Positions 13,393 through 26,500 of a stretch of 64,000 bases of DNA are shown here, piece by piece; the first letter of the stretch is position 1; the number at the start of each line of letters is the position of its first letter. The position numbers and the translations under genes are program-made. Origin of the DNA: Mobula hypostoma (Eukaryota); contig NC_086097.1 of NCBI RefSeq assembly GCF_963921235.1, positions 144,462,001 through 144,526,000 of the forward strand, read 5' to 3'. Below the pieces are notes generated by a model that searched no databases, was not told where the DNA came from, and was given only the letters and a program-made list of their open reading frames with translations.

Positions 13393-16300
13393 TTAGACTG
13401 TGATTGTAGACTACTGCACCCTCACCTTCAATTTCCTTTGATTAATGTTGAACGCTGTGGATTAAAAGCATAGAATAGAAAAAAAACAGAAGGGATTTGG
13501 AAAAAAGTTTCCAGTGTAGATAAACACACATGTTTTTAGAATGATGTACTATAGATTGTTACCTGTTGGGTATAATTGTTCAATTGTCAACTCAATACCG
13601 CTTCAGGAGAGCATAGGTTGTCCAATAAAGGAAGAAAAAAGTACTTTTCCCTTCCAGATAAAATAGAAATATGAATGGTAATTTAGTAGAAATAATGACC
13701 TAGAGTCCTGGAGTAAGAACACAAAATGATATTTATTATGGTAACACCAAGGCAGTTTATGAATTGTTGGAGAATTTGGGAAAAAGTCTGGGAGTAAGCA
13801 TAAATAAATAAAAATGACTTTTGAAATTCACTTGTGAAATTGTGCCAATATTAATTTGGGAGGGAAGTCTGCTGTTTTTATGCCATCAGGCCATGAATAG
13901 CCCTAGGTTTTTAAAATTAGTGTGATTGACTCTAATCTTTCCTTTGAAATATCGGAGCAAGCCAGTCTGTCAAAGAATTGGGAATGATCAAAAAATGCTG
14001 ACCTTGCCAGCCATGCCCACATACCCAGAATAATTTTTTTAAAAATGGATTCCTTCCTGCTAATTTCCTTTTATGCTCTTGTCAAAGTCAGCCCCTGGCT
14101 GATGAGTGATCATTTCCTCTGCAAAATGCTCAGTGTCTCGGTAACACAGTACTACTTATTGGAGCAGCAGTGCATGGTATGCTGGCAGCAGGCAGACACC
14201 CACACAAACAGATTCCCATCTGACTTCTCGGTGATGCAATGCCAAACGAAGTACCGGTGTTTCCAGAGACTGAGAGAAAGAGGGGTATGTTCCACAAAAA
14301 GAGATTTCTGTTCCTCTCAGTTGACTACTATGGATATCTTCCCAGTGCTAATAGCTAACAGTGCAATATTAAAAGAATACAATAATCGGAAACTTAGCCT
14401 TTCATTTGAGAAATTAAACTATGGCCTATTCCAGTGGATGTAGTGAATGCTACTGATACACACAAAATGCTGGAGGAACTCAGCAAGTCAGACAGTTTCA
14501 ATTTGAGTCCTTATGAAGGCCCTGGGCCTGGAGCATGGACTGTTTTTCCCTCTCCATAGGTGCAGTCTGACCTGCTGAGCTCCCCCAGCATTTTGTTATT
14601 CTGGATTTCCAGCATCTGCATAATCTCTTGTGATTGACTTTTCTACAGTTGATCTTGGAGTAACTTGGCCTTCCATCTTTCCTAGACTAGCAAAAGCAGC
14701 GTAACTGCCTATTCATCACTTTTTACTTGTAGTGTTTTGCTGAAAGCTTTTGCTTGGCCTATTTAATAGCTGATGTGTACAGAGATCTGGTAAGAACTTA
14801 TTGATGGTAGGGGTAATTACGCAGACAGGAGCAGGAAGTTATTTTTGACCTCTTATGTCCTGACTTTAACAGCGAAGACAATCCTACCTCCTTGATCAGA
14901 GAGCTCTTGATTGCACAGTGCAAGAAATCTTTTGTGGTCGTGGTCTTGGAGTAGAGATTGTGATTGTGAGTCCTAACGCTTTCTGTATTTGGAAGCAGGG
15001 AGGTATAATGGGGCATGTGCAAGCAACACTCAGGCCGATGGAGTTCAACATGGGAAGTATGAGGTCATGAACTTTGGATGCGAGCAAAATAAATCAAAAT
15101 ATTTTCCTAACTGTGGTAGACTAGAAGTTGTGTAATAGAGCCATAAAATTGTAAAGCACAGAAATGGGCTTTTCTGACCTTCTCTTCTAGTAGACTTTTC
15201 TGCTCATCTACACCAACTTTATTTGCCCACATCAGGTCTGTATCCTTCAATACTTTGCCTATTAAATGCCTCTCCAAATGCCACTTATAGTGATTGTATG
15301 TGACTCCACCACTTCCTCTGGCAGTGAGTCTCACATTTCAATCACTTTCTATGCTATTAAGAACATCTCTCAAATCTCGAATTAAAAAGCAAGAAGACTG
15401 CAGATGCTGGAAATTTAAAATTAAAAGAGTAAATGCCTGGAACACTCAGCAGGAAGAGAAAACACTTTCCTTTAACCTTAAACCTGTGCCCTCTTGTTTT
15501 TTTTAAATATTCCTTTACTATGTGAAAAGGATTCTGACCATCTACCATATTTATGCTACCTATAATTCCACATATCTCTATCAAGGTCCTGCTCAGCCTC
15601 CATTTCTCAGGGGGAAGCAAACCCAGTCATTTTAATCTCAGCTCATTACTGAAGGGATACCCAATCAGTGAAGTTGAATGGTAATGGGATTCCACAATAT
15701 CAATACCGGAAAACTCTTCCATTGAGGAATCCAGGACAGGATCATGCAGCTTTAGAGCTGAGTATCCTACACCCATGTTTCTGATCGCCTGAGGAAAACA
15801 CGATAGACAACATTAGAAAGAGAATATTCCTCAGTTAATTAAGCATTCTAAATATCACACCTTAAATAGTGATGCCAAATGCTAGTCCCCTGTTTTTCAG
15901 GCAGACTTTTCCATAGATGATGTCATGGGGTTAACAGATAATGCACAGAGCATGGCAGAGATTCAACTCATGACATCACCAGTGGAGCAGTCCATTGGTA
16001 GCAAAGGGGTAGGGGGGAAATAATGTAAATTTTACAGCAAATAAACTGTGACTGTTCAAACATAGTATTAACTCTTTCAAGGTCACAAACTAATACAAAT
16101 TATAAAGGAATTACAGGTAGAATTAATACTGGGTTTATGCCAGAAATACCAGCTTTCACTTTGACGCACATACAAACGTTTGTAGCTGACTTTTATAGTT
16201 TTATAGTTTATATTTCATATCTCCCATTGGCTGTGAAAAGATCATAATTATCATAAAGAAATCTCTCCATTGAACTCTTTGCTTGCTAGTGACATGCCTA

Positions 16301-17124
16301 CCAGATCCATGGATCCCACATCAACCAGTTGTACATTTTTGCTTTGCCTTTGCAACCTGAGCAATATTGCAAAGCTACATTTTTATCACTTATGTTGTCT
16401 CTGTCTCTCCACTTTTCCTGAGCAAGGTGCTAAGGGGCTGACTCATTGCAACTGAGGGATGAGAGATGCATTTCAGGCTTAAGTATCTAATAGCTGCAGT
16501 ATCAACAATCAAATATATGGCCAAGGCTTCTTGAGTAATACATTCCAGACCTCTAAGAGCTATCATCTTGAACATGAGCAATCCATTATCTGAGTTGGTG
16601 CAACAAGGGAAGGGATCTGAATATACTGTGTATCACCATCTCTTCAATGTTACTCCGACTGCTCTCTGGATACATGAAGTACAGCGGTTCAAAGTGAAAG
16701 CTCACCATTATCTCGACTGATCAGTAGGGTGATATGGAATGTAGAGTAACTCTTTTCATTTTATTTCTACACTGAAATATTCATGGTAAGGTTTAATATG
16801 AACTTGAGGGTCAGTTGTTCTACTCGGAAGGTGATGGAATCAGCTACCAGAGGAAGTGGTTGAAGCAGATGCAATAATAACATTTAAAAGACAGTTGGAC
16901 ATGTACATAGATTGGAAAGGTTTTGAAGGCTATGGGCCAAGTGCAGGCAAATGAGACCAGCTTGGATGGGTATCTTATTCAGCATGTATCAGATGGGCCA
17001 AAAGGCCTGTATCCATGCTGTATTACTCTATTAGGTTTAAATATTGAGGGACACAAATAAGTAACAGACTTTTCAAGCAGTGTTATAAACCTGGCAGAAC
17101 TTCTCCCAATAATTGCAGGAAGAA

Positions 17125-17544
17125 CAACACACACGATGCTGGAGGAACTCAGCAGGACAGGCAATATATATGGAAAGGAAAAGAAACAATCATTGTTTTG
17201 GGGCGAGACCCTGCACCAGGACTGGAAAGGAAAAGAGAAGAAGTCAGTATAAGAGGCTGTCAGGAGGGGAAGGAGTATAAGCTAGAAGATGATAGATGAA
17301 GCCAGATGGTTGCGGGGGAGGGGAGGGGAGGGGGAATAAAGTGGGAAGCTGGGATGTGATAGGTGGAAAAAATAAAGCACTGAAGAAGAAGGATAGGAGA
17401 GGAGAGTGGGCATTGGGAGAAAGGGAAAGAGGAGGGGCACAAAGGGAAGTGATAGGCATATAGGGAGAAGAGAAAAGGTAATAAGGGAGTCAGAGTGGGG
17501 AATGGAAGAAGAGGGAAAGGAGAGAGGGGAACAATTACCGGAAA
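17125..17544 (-). mobile_element. Penelope 3' terminal fragment
   Basis: Same terminal repeat and purine-rich tract as 32908-33290. Confidence 0.75.
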
Positions 17545-18110
17545 TTGGAGAAATCAATGTACATGCCAATGTTTAAGACATTGGAGAGGCCTAATATGGA
17601 ATACTGTATGCAGTTTTGGTCACCTACCTACAGGGAAGGTATCAATCAGATTGAAAGAATGCAGAGAATATTTACAAGCATGTTGCCAGAATTTGAGGAC
17701 TTGAGTTATATGGAAAGGTTGAAAAGGCTAGGACTTTATTCTCTGAACAATAGGAAGATTTAGTAGAGGTATACAAGTTATGAGAGGTTGGGATAGGGTA
17801 AATGCAAGCAGGCTTTTTCCCTTGACGTTGGGTGCGACTAGAACTAGAGCTGTAAGGTTAAGGGTGAAAGGTGAACTATTTAAGCGAGACCCAAGGAGGA
17901 AATGTTTTAATTCACAGGTTTAAGCATGGAATGAGAAGCCGGCAGAGGTGGAGATTGTGGATTTGATTGAAGAGAAGTTTAGATAAGTACATGGATGCAG
18001 GGCTAAGGTCCAGGTGCAGGTCGATGGGACTAGGCAGAATAACAGTTCGCATGGACTGGAAGCCAAAGGGCCTGTTTCTGTGCTGTAGAGCTCAATGACC
18101 CTCTGACGCT
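17545..18110 (+). mobile_element. CR1 LINE 3' fragment
   Basis: MEYCMQFWSPTYREG...ERLKRLGLYSL followed by a CR1-type 3' UTR. Confidence 0.85.
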
Positions 18111-18122
18111 ATATCAACAAAT

Positions 18123-18660
18123 AAACACAAGAGAGACTGCAGATGCTGGAAATCTGGAGCAACATACTCAAAATGCTGGAGGAACTTGGCAGATCAGGTG
18201 GCACCTATGGAGGGAGATGAATAGATGACATTTCAGGCTAAGACCCTTCATCAGCACTGGAAAGGAACTGGACAGAAGCAAGGATAAAAGGGGAGGGGAA
18301 GGAGCACCAGCTACCAGTTGATAGGTGAATTGCGGTAAGAAGAGGGTAGGGAGGGTGTAAAGAAAAGGGAAAGATATGAGCAGCTGGGAGGTGTTAGGTG
18401 GATGAGGAAAAGGGTTGAAGAAGAAGGAATCTGAAAAGAGAAGACAGTAGGGAAGTAGGTGGGGAACCAGAGGGAAGAAGGAGGATGAAGGTGATGGACA
18501 TATCATAGGGGCAGAGCTTTACTCTTTCCCCTTCTCCCTATATCCTTTTGTTCTGGCTTCCTTCACCTTCTTTTCCAGTTCTGATGAAATGTTTTGGAAC
18601 AAAACATCTACAATGCATTCCCCTCCATAGATGCTGCCTGATCTTCTGAGTACCTCCAGT
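18123..18660. mobile_element. Inverted pair of Penelope terminal repeats
   Basis: aaaatgctggaggaact at 18170 and the complementary ctgagtacctccag at ~18646; hammerhead-like motifs on both strands. Confidence 0.75.
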
Positions 18661-19007
18661 AGAGAAAGTTTTGTCTTTGTTTAGTTGTTCTACATTTTGA
18701 AGCTGACAATTTCATTACTGGTGCCAAAGTCTTTCACCTTGAAGTTCAAAATGAGAAGACAGAATCTCAACAAACTTCCAGAAGCCCAGGAATACATGAA
18801 AAGGTCCTTGTAGATAAACATCTGCAAGGAACTTATGTTGAAGAGGTGCTGGAATCAAAAGAATAAGAATAGTAAATAGTCAACTTTGATACAATAGGAC
18901 AAGAAAATGTATGGTTACTCACCTCTTTCATATCTGGACTTCACTATTGATTTACCCTAAATAACTCTTTATGTTGACCTAGACCTGTCTTCCTGTTTTA
19001 TCTGCAG

Positions 19008-19490
19008 GTTATCAAATCTGGGGTGGAGACCACCTGCAAATGTCATGGGGTTTCTGGTTCCTGCACAGTTCGGACTTGCTGGAGGCAACTGGCACCTTTC
19101 CATGAGATTGGCAAGTTACTCAAGCTGAAGTATGAGACTTCGCTCAAGGTGGGCAGCACAACTAATGAAGCGACTGGCGAAGGGGAAATTACGCCACCGA
19201 AGAAAGCCATTCCAGCTACCTACCACCAGCAAAATCAGATCCCAAGGACTACTGACTTAGTCTATATCGATGACTCACCAAGCTTCTGCCGGCCAAGCAA
19301 GTACTCACCAGGTACTGCAACACGGAAATGCTATAAGGACAAGAATTGTGAAAGCATCTGCTGTGGCCGGGGACACAATACCCAGAGTCGAGTAGTGACA
19401 CGACCATGCCAGTGCCAAGTGCGCTGGTGCTGTTATGTGGAGTGTAAACAATGTACTCAAAGAGAAGAGATATACACCTGCAAAGACTAA
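19008..19490 (+). CDS. wnt9a: Wnt-9a, final coding exon (upstream exons not found in window)
   Basis: Polypyrimidine tract and acceptor (tcctgttttatctgcAG|GTT) at 19007/19008. Translation [36 protein letters not shown]...[18 protein letters not shown]...[48 protein letters not shown] carries the Wnt CKCHGxSGSC signature. VETTCK, STTNEA and [21 protein letters not shown] match WNT9A rather than WNT9B as I recall them. Stop TAA at 19488-19490. Confidence 0.95.
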   Translation, partial: VIKSGVETTCKCHGVSGSCTVRTCWRQLAPFHEIGKLLKLKYETSLKVGSTTNEATGEGEITPPKKAIPATYHQQNQIPRTTDLVYIDDSPSFCRPSKYSPGTATRKCYKDKNCESICCGRGHNTQSRVVTRPCQCQVRWCCYVECKQCTQREEIYTCKD

Positions 19491-22400
19491 CAGTTTCTAG
19501 AGGAAAACAAAACTATGGAAAACCAGGGTGAAGAGCATGATGGATCTACCCAAAGAAATAATGCAACAAATCCAAATGTTCCTAAAAGTAGTACAGAGAA
19601 ACTATTGGTTTCTAAGTAGAACTGATGTATAACCTGCAGATCTTTTGCATTCAACCAGCTAAAGTCTGAAGTCAGATAACACAGAGCTAAACAGATATTG
19701 AATGATGAAAGGTTGGGTTCTAAGTAAACTACTTTATTTGTGTCATATAATGAATTACTTTAAAGTTAATGCATCTCGAACAGAATTGAACATTACAACG
19801 ACAGCTTCACAGTTGAGATGGTTAAGAATTTGAGAACTTCAGTTTTAATTAATTAACACTGGGTTTGTTCAGGCCAACAGTTATAAGGTCTAAAACATAC
19901 TATTTGCTGCTCATTTAGTTAATAAATGAGTTTTAAAGATGTCTTCCAAATATAGAAACAGGATGAGAAGAGGCAGCAAGGCATGGCAGTTCCATTTGGG
20001 CTCAAGAGAAGAAGAATGAAGAAAAACTATTTTACAATTAATAACCAAAGCTCGTTGAAATTAGACTGCCAAAGTGCCCACAACCCTAATATTTAACATT
20101 CAGTGAGGGCTCAAACGAATAGGCTTCATTAAGAGCAGGAAATTATATTAAAGATGTTCCTTAATTTTTTTCATAGAAAATGTACTGTGTACTTTAGAAG
20201 TGAGCCTCATGGACAGGATTTGGTTCCCTCATTGATCTCCCTTGACATGGTGCTAGGGATGCTTCGGTTGGTTATGGAATGGGACCCTTATGTCTGTAGT
20301 GGCCTGACTCCTTAAGCCTGATTCTCCCGTAGGTGATCCGAGGCAAAAAGCTTTGTGGGATCACTGATTAAATTGAGTGGCTGAATAGATTTATTATTTG
20401 TGTACTTCAGACAGACTGTCCAGGTAGGCCACAGGCTTGATTGCTAGTGTTAACCCATCTGAGCAGAACAATTGATAGCAGGGTTTGGGATGACAGAGAG
20501 GAATCTAGCAGTACCTTTCTCTTCTAGTTATTACACTTTTTAGAAGTGCATGAGTGTAAAAAAGTCAAGTTGGATTTAAGTTGCAATGCTGTTTATATTT
20601 CCAAAGCCAACCTTCGTCACCCTAACCCTATCCTAATCTGGTCACAATGATTAAATACCCTCACACCCAGCTGTTCTCATGAGTCCTGTTTAGTAATCTG
20701 GCAGTGGATGACTGGTTCCCAGGATATTGCCCTCCAGTGAGGAATGTGCCTTTCAAGGAGTGAATGGGGGTGGGGGTGATAGTGTTGGCCGTGGTGAGGG
20801 GGTAGGGGCAGAGGAGGAGTAGAAGTTGATGAGAATCAAGATCCACGAGAAATTTCATGGTTTATTTACAGATCTTGCCAAGATCTTGGAACAGGGTTCC
20901 TTAACCCCAATGTGCCTTTTCTGTGGGGTTACTTGGTTTTCGTATTCTTTAGGGCTCGGGTTGGCTCCCCACAGCCCATTTGGAGTGAGGAACCAAAAAA
21001 AATGTTTGTACAAGTAAAACGTTCCAGGAAGCGTGATAATTTCTTGCGGTAATTTCATTCCTGGGATCTACATTTGAATTTAGAAGTGGTATCAGATAGA
21101 TTCTTCAGTTTGATAGCTTCCAGGAAGTGCTGGGTTCCTGGAAGATGAGCAGCAGGGTCCAGGCCAATTGATGTTAACATTCTACTTATTATGGGGCTGG
21201 AACTGTTGTCAACTTAGCCCCAAATGTTATGGAACAGCTCATTTAAGTGGTTACAAAATGTGAACCTTGGATCGTTATGTGTCCCCAGAGCATGTTTTTG
21301 AGTTCCTATATTTAAGCATTTAATGATTTCATTACCTTGTGGTATTCCTGACAAAACAAGGCCTATAGGCCATTTGAATGTTCACCACTAGATTGTGGTT
21401 CTCTGCAAATTGAAAATTTTGACAAGCAGTAATCATACAGAGAAATATCTTGTAGACAAGAGATGTGGCACATTGTCTTCCTTCAATCATTTACTTGCAG
21501 TCTGCCAGAAAAGAGACTAATTCATCCCATTGAGACCTTCAGCAACAGCACAGTGAAGATGTACTTGCAACTGAAGTCTCAGAATGCTTCAAATACCAAT
21601 TGCAGATCAGTATCTGCAATCCTCAATATGGCAGTTGCAGGCTAATTATATGTGATGATGAAAGCAATGGACAATAAGTCTGTGGAGCTCTTATGAGAAT
21701 CTGTGCAGGGCCAACTGTGGAGCACTGCCTACTTTCACTGAATGCAGTAAGGATGCAAATTTGTTTCCAAGACTCTGGTTTTTTAGGCCAAAGTCTAGCA
21801 GATACTTAAAGAAACATGGCAGAACCTGTTGATGTAAAGACTGGAGTCTGACGTGAACATATTGTACTTAAGTGGATTTAACTGCCTGGAGATCAGTAAG
21901 GATTAGCAGTAGTTGCATATCCCTCACTCTGTTATAACAATTTGACGAATCACCGAGCATGCTCACAAACTACTACTTAATCCTGACACCCCTCATTTCT
22001 ACAGGCTGAATTGAAACAATTCTACCCTCTTTCGGGTAATACTCTTAAAAGAAGTAAGAAGACTGCCAAAACGGGAGTATGCTGAAGACCAGCAGGATGT
22101 TCAGAGACCACCACTCTTCAGCTTCTGAAACTAAGATCGTTTTACTGCAAAATAGACGCAGCAATTTGCTTCCTGCTCCTAGGTGTCACTGGTATGCCTT
22201 GTAAATAGTATTGATTAAATATGCTGGTTACACCTAGTGGTAGAATTAAATGGTTATGTGATCCATTTTAGGCAGCTTGGAATGTAGCTTCAATGGTGAA
22301 TGATGATGTGTGCTGTTTCCAATTAAGAGTGGCCAGCTTTTATTCAACAAACCTATAAGAAATACTGTACAATGATGAAATATTGAAGATGACTTGGCTA

Positions 22401-23475
22401 GAAGATTGACCCAATCAGCAGAAAGCTCCATTATATACTTATAGTATACAGTATACCGCAATCAGAGTGGTGTCATTGAGACACTATCCCGCAGAATCGC
22501 AAGGAACATCAACTCAACTCATGTTGACAAGAACATGGATTATTACTTGTGGACTGCAATAAGATTTATTGCACCATTTGGGTCCTTATGTCAAGATATA
22601 CTTTAAATGACTTCATAGAAAGCACTTGGGTCACATTCATTCAGCGAGATAAGGCTGGAAAACTCCAAGACTGGTGTAACTAAGAATGTAATGCAAGAAC
22701 CAGTCAAAGGGCTACTTATATTGAGGGTGGAAATGAGGGTGGAGTGTTTAATATGCATGCAACTGTGGTGAATAACCTCATATTGTATAGAATTATCAAA
22801 AATGTCTTTTTTGTCTTGGTTACATGATGTATTAATGTGCTATATGCCCCACTTATAACACACCCTCGTATTATTCACTGTTGATCACAGTATGACAGAG
22901 AACTAAAGCTTCCTTCAGTGGGTTTCACAATACATGCACTGCGAAATCCATACCAGAGAGTTCTCAGGCTGAGTAAACTGATCACCACCAAGAGGAAGCT
23001 GGTATCGTCTAACTACACTTTAGCTCAAGGATGGAGTGGTACAAGGGTGGGGGAGATCAGAAGTTATGTCTGCTCCTGATTGCTCTCTAGTGAATCCAAC
23101 TGGCAGATGCATGTGCCTGTATGGGTGTGCGTATGTGCATCCACCCTTATGAGAGAGGGGTAGAGATTTGGATCTGGGAAAAATTAGCCAGTAAGATACC
23201 AAATTCTATCAATAAGTATTGCAACGTATGTTGGTGTGGATTATACAATCCAGCGCAATATTCTGAGATGAAACAAAAATAAAGGTGAAAACAAACCTCT
23301 ACGATTACAGGGTGTGTTATAAATGATTAGTGCAGTACAGAGTATATTGACCCTGGTAGCAGTATCTGAAGAGTTTTAGTTTAACTTTCTACCACAGTGC
23401 ACCACTGGCTGGTAAAATAGTGGCCATTGCTGTAACCTATATTATAACGGTCACAGAACGAGTCAGTTCTAATCA

Positions 23476-23520
23476 TAAATATATATAAATATATATATTA
23501 TATTTATATATATATATTAT
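23476..23520. repeat. (AT)-rich simple repeat
   Basis: Direct read. Confidence 0.85.
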
Positions 23521-26500
23521 TGTTAGTGGGTGGGATGGGGTGCAATGACTATATGTGTAAATGTGCTCAATTGCATGAGTGTAAAATTGGGTTTGAGAAT
23601 CCTCATAAAAACACAAGGCAATGGTTATTTCAGGTCACTTACTGTATGTTAATAAAATTGTAAATCTGGTAGGAAGATTTGCAGACACCTGCCATTTCTG
23701 GCAAAGCCACAGACATTGATATCACAGAAAATCTCCCCAGTAGCTTTAAAATATCTCTAACTCTCAAAGAACGAAGGAAATCTCTTTCCAACTCAACTGA
23801 ACAAATAACGATAAAGATTAAACAGACGCAAAAGCAAGGATTTTAAAGATCCATAGATCTATTTTGTTAAAAGCTTTGAAACAGCTTTTTTTATGCTTTC
23901 CTGATGTGATGAGACTGCCACTTCTGGCAGACATTATATACTTGTGTGCACCAAAAGAAGTATCATTATAAAATGAGTTTATGACTAACTAGTTGACGTA
24001 TGAACTAGAATACAGATTAGTACAGTGGGATCATTTACATTTAAAATTTAAGGAACAAGTCGTATCTTATTATTTAAAGATCAAATAACTACCTGGCTGT
24101 TGTTCATGGTAGAACATCTAAGAGACAGGAGACAATTGTGTTGATGTCATTATCGATCCAGTTTTGGAAGAGTTACTTTCAATCTGGATCAGTTCATTCA
24201 GTCCATAAAGGGAGAAAGAGCCTGCAGTACTGTTCAGTTTCTATATCTAACAGTACATTGCTGCATTTAAAATCCTCTGGAGTGGTTTTGCATATTTTAA
24301 ATGAGACACAGTGTTCACTTTGTGGAGGTTATCAGATTGCCAGAACCATATCACCTGTGATGGTGGGACCATTCAGTCAGTTATCATTGAAGAGTGTTGT
24401 TTAAAGTTTTGGCAAGCTCCTTATGGAACTCTTCTTTCTATTTTGTTTTCATTGGAGTAGTCTGCAGTTAAACCCAGCTCAGTGGAGTAGATTTTCCTGC
24501 AGTCCATCTTATCCTGGCATGGCCCTATCCTTCTGTCCTTTTGGTATCACTTTTGCCAATCATGCCAAACAACTGAACACTATCTCTTTACCAAATGAGA
24601 ATATCAATATACAAAGTCAGAGATTGATGTTGCCTCTTCTGTCACTCGAATGTAGCATTATGCAATTGAACCTAGGATTTTCCTGATCTGTATGGCATAG
24701 TAAATACAAAGTGCACATATTGCTCCGTATTTTGTCAGAAAATGCCCTGAATCACTTCACTGGAGTGTACTAAAATAAAATTAGGTTAAAAGGTATTAGA
24801 GAAGATGATCAAAACTTTGTTATATGAACAGTTTTAGCAATGGGAACTTGTGGAGCAAAAGGGGTCTTGAAAGGAGATTCAGCATTTAGGGCCCAGAATT
24901 TTTAAGCGAGCTGGAGATGGTTACAGCTAGGACGGTTGAGGCTATTGGAGGTTGAACAGGATGTGTTGTAATTGGAATCGAGGTTAGGTTAAGCTTAAAT
25001 TTATGGAAGTTGGAAGGCAAGCCAGGAAAGGTTTGGAACAATCAAAACTGGAGTTAACAATAGCATAGAAGCAGGGCAATGCATTTACCCACTGAGCCAG
25101 TTATGATTTTGTTTGTATATTAGGGAAAATTATGAAGAACGACAGGCAAAAAGTGTTTTTAAAAGATGTTATAAGAAAAGGATAAAATAGTTAAAGTGTA
25201 TAGCATAAAACTTTTTACACAAGATTATTTTAATCAGATTTGAATCACAGTTGGATAGAATGTTCATGTAAATATTAATTCTCAAATATGCATTACAGTT
25301 CAGATCCTTTCCTTTAGTATTGCTGAAGGGAAACCTCAACGTGTGAGGGTTAAAGTGTTTGTATAAAATGGCTTTGTTCTGCATTTCCAACACACTTATT
25401 CTCCCCATGCTTAACAGACTCTCATGCCTAAGTAAGCAGCATATAAATATTTGACTTGCTTTCAAAACTGTCCTGAGTCTCGCTCCCACTTATCCTAGTG
25501 ATATTCTTCTGCATTCAATTGGGCTTTATCTCCTTCTCTACGTATACATTCTCCTCCATCAGCCAAACTCCATTAGCCCTGCCACTCAAATCACTGTTTT
25601 ATAATAAAACTCCCTATGATTTTCTGATTATACCACAACTCTCCAAGGTCTTTTCACTTTCCCCCTCATCTTCAATGCCCATTGCTTTTTGACTTCCGAA
25701 TGTTGAGTGTGTTGAGATATTTCTACGCTGCAAGGATGTATTTGTGGGCTGCTAGATTAATTATTGTGCCACTTACCTGCAAAACAGCTCAGCTCAATTC
25801 CTTCACTGTAAAAGGAATTTCTTAAGGATAAGGCATTGATATGCTTACATGACATTATGTGGTTTCAGGAGGGAGCAGACGGAAACCCAGTTTTATTGTC
25901 TCTGTGTGATGTATTGATGAGGATGTACATGTATGAGTGAAGCTGTGTGTGTCTGAATGGAGATATGACTGTGATGCCCGTGAGGAAGAATGAGTGTTGC
26001 TGCCTGACTTAAAAGCAGTTTCTCGCACTGAACCTGGATGCTTTCTGTAATTATTTAAGTATATACTATTTAATGTGGATATATTTTGCTCTTGTAAATT
26101 GTAAATACTGATTTTTCCTCTGTTCTCCTGTGGTATTAATACGTCTCAGTTAGTGCGGCACATATACTTTATATTGACACTAATTAGGAATGCAATGGTG
26201 GCAGTCTTTCTCTTTCCAGGCCAGTTTCATGTTCCTTTGCCAACAAGCCACTAATTGCTTGATCCAAGTATCCCACCACCCACCCACTGAACCTCCACCA
26301 CCTCAAGCACCTTAACTTGGGGAGGCCATTAGATGACACCCCTAAATTGCTTTGGTCAAGAATTTGAGGCAAAACAAAAAGACCAGTGGCTGAAGAAAAT
26401 GTTAGTTATTAGGGACTAGTTCAGTAAAAGTGAAAGAGCTTAACATTCAGATAGTGGCTCAACTCGTTTTGGATTAGATTGCCATCAATGCTTTAACTGA

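Noticed and set aside
1..19007. Upstream wnt9a exons
   Set aside because: I found no GFKETAFLYA- or WQWGGC-like segment; they probably lie before the window, implying an intron over 19 kb.
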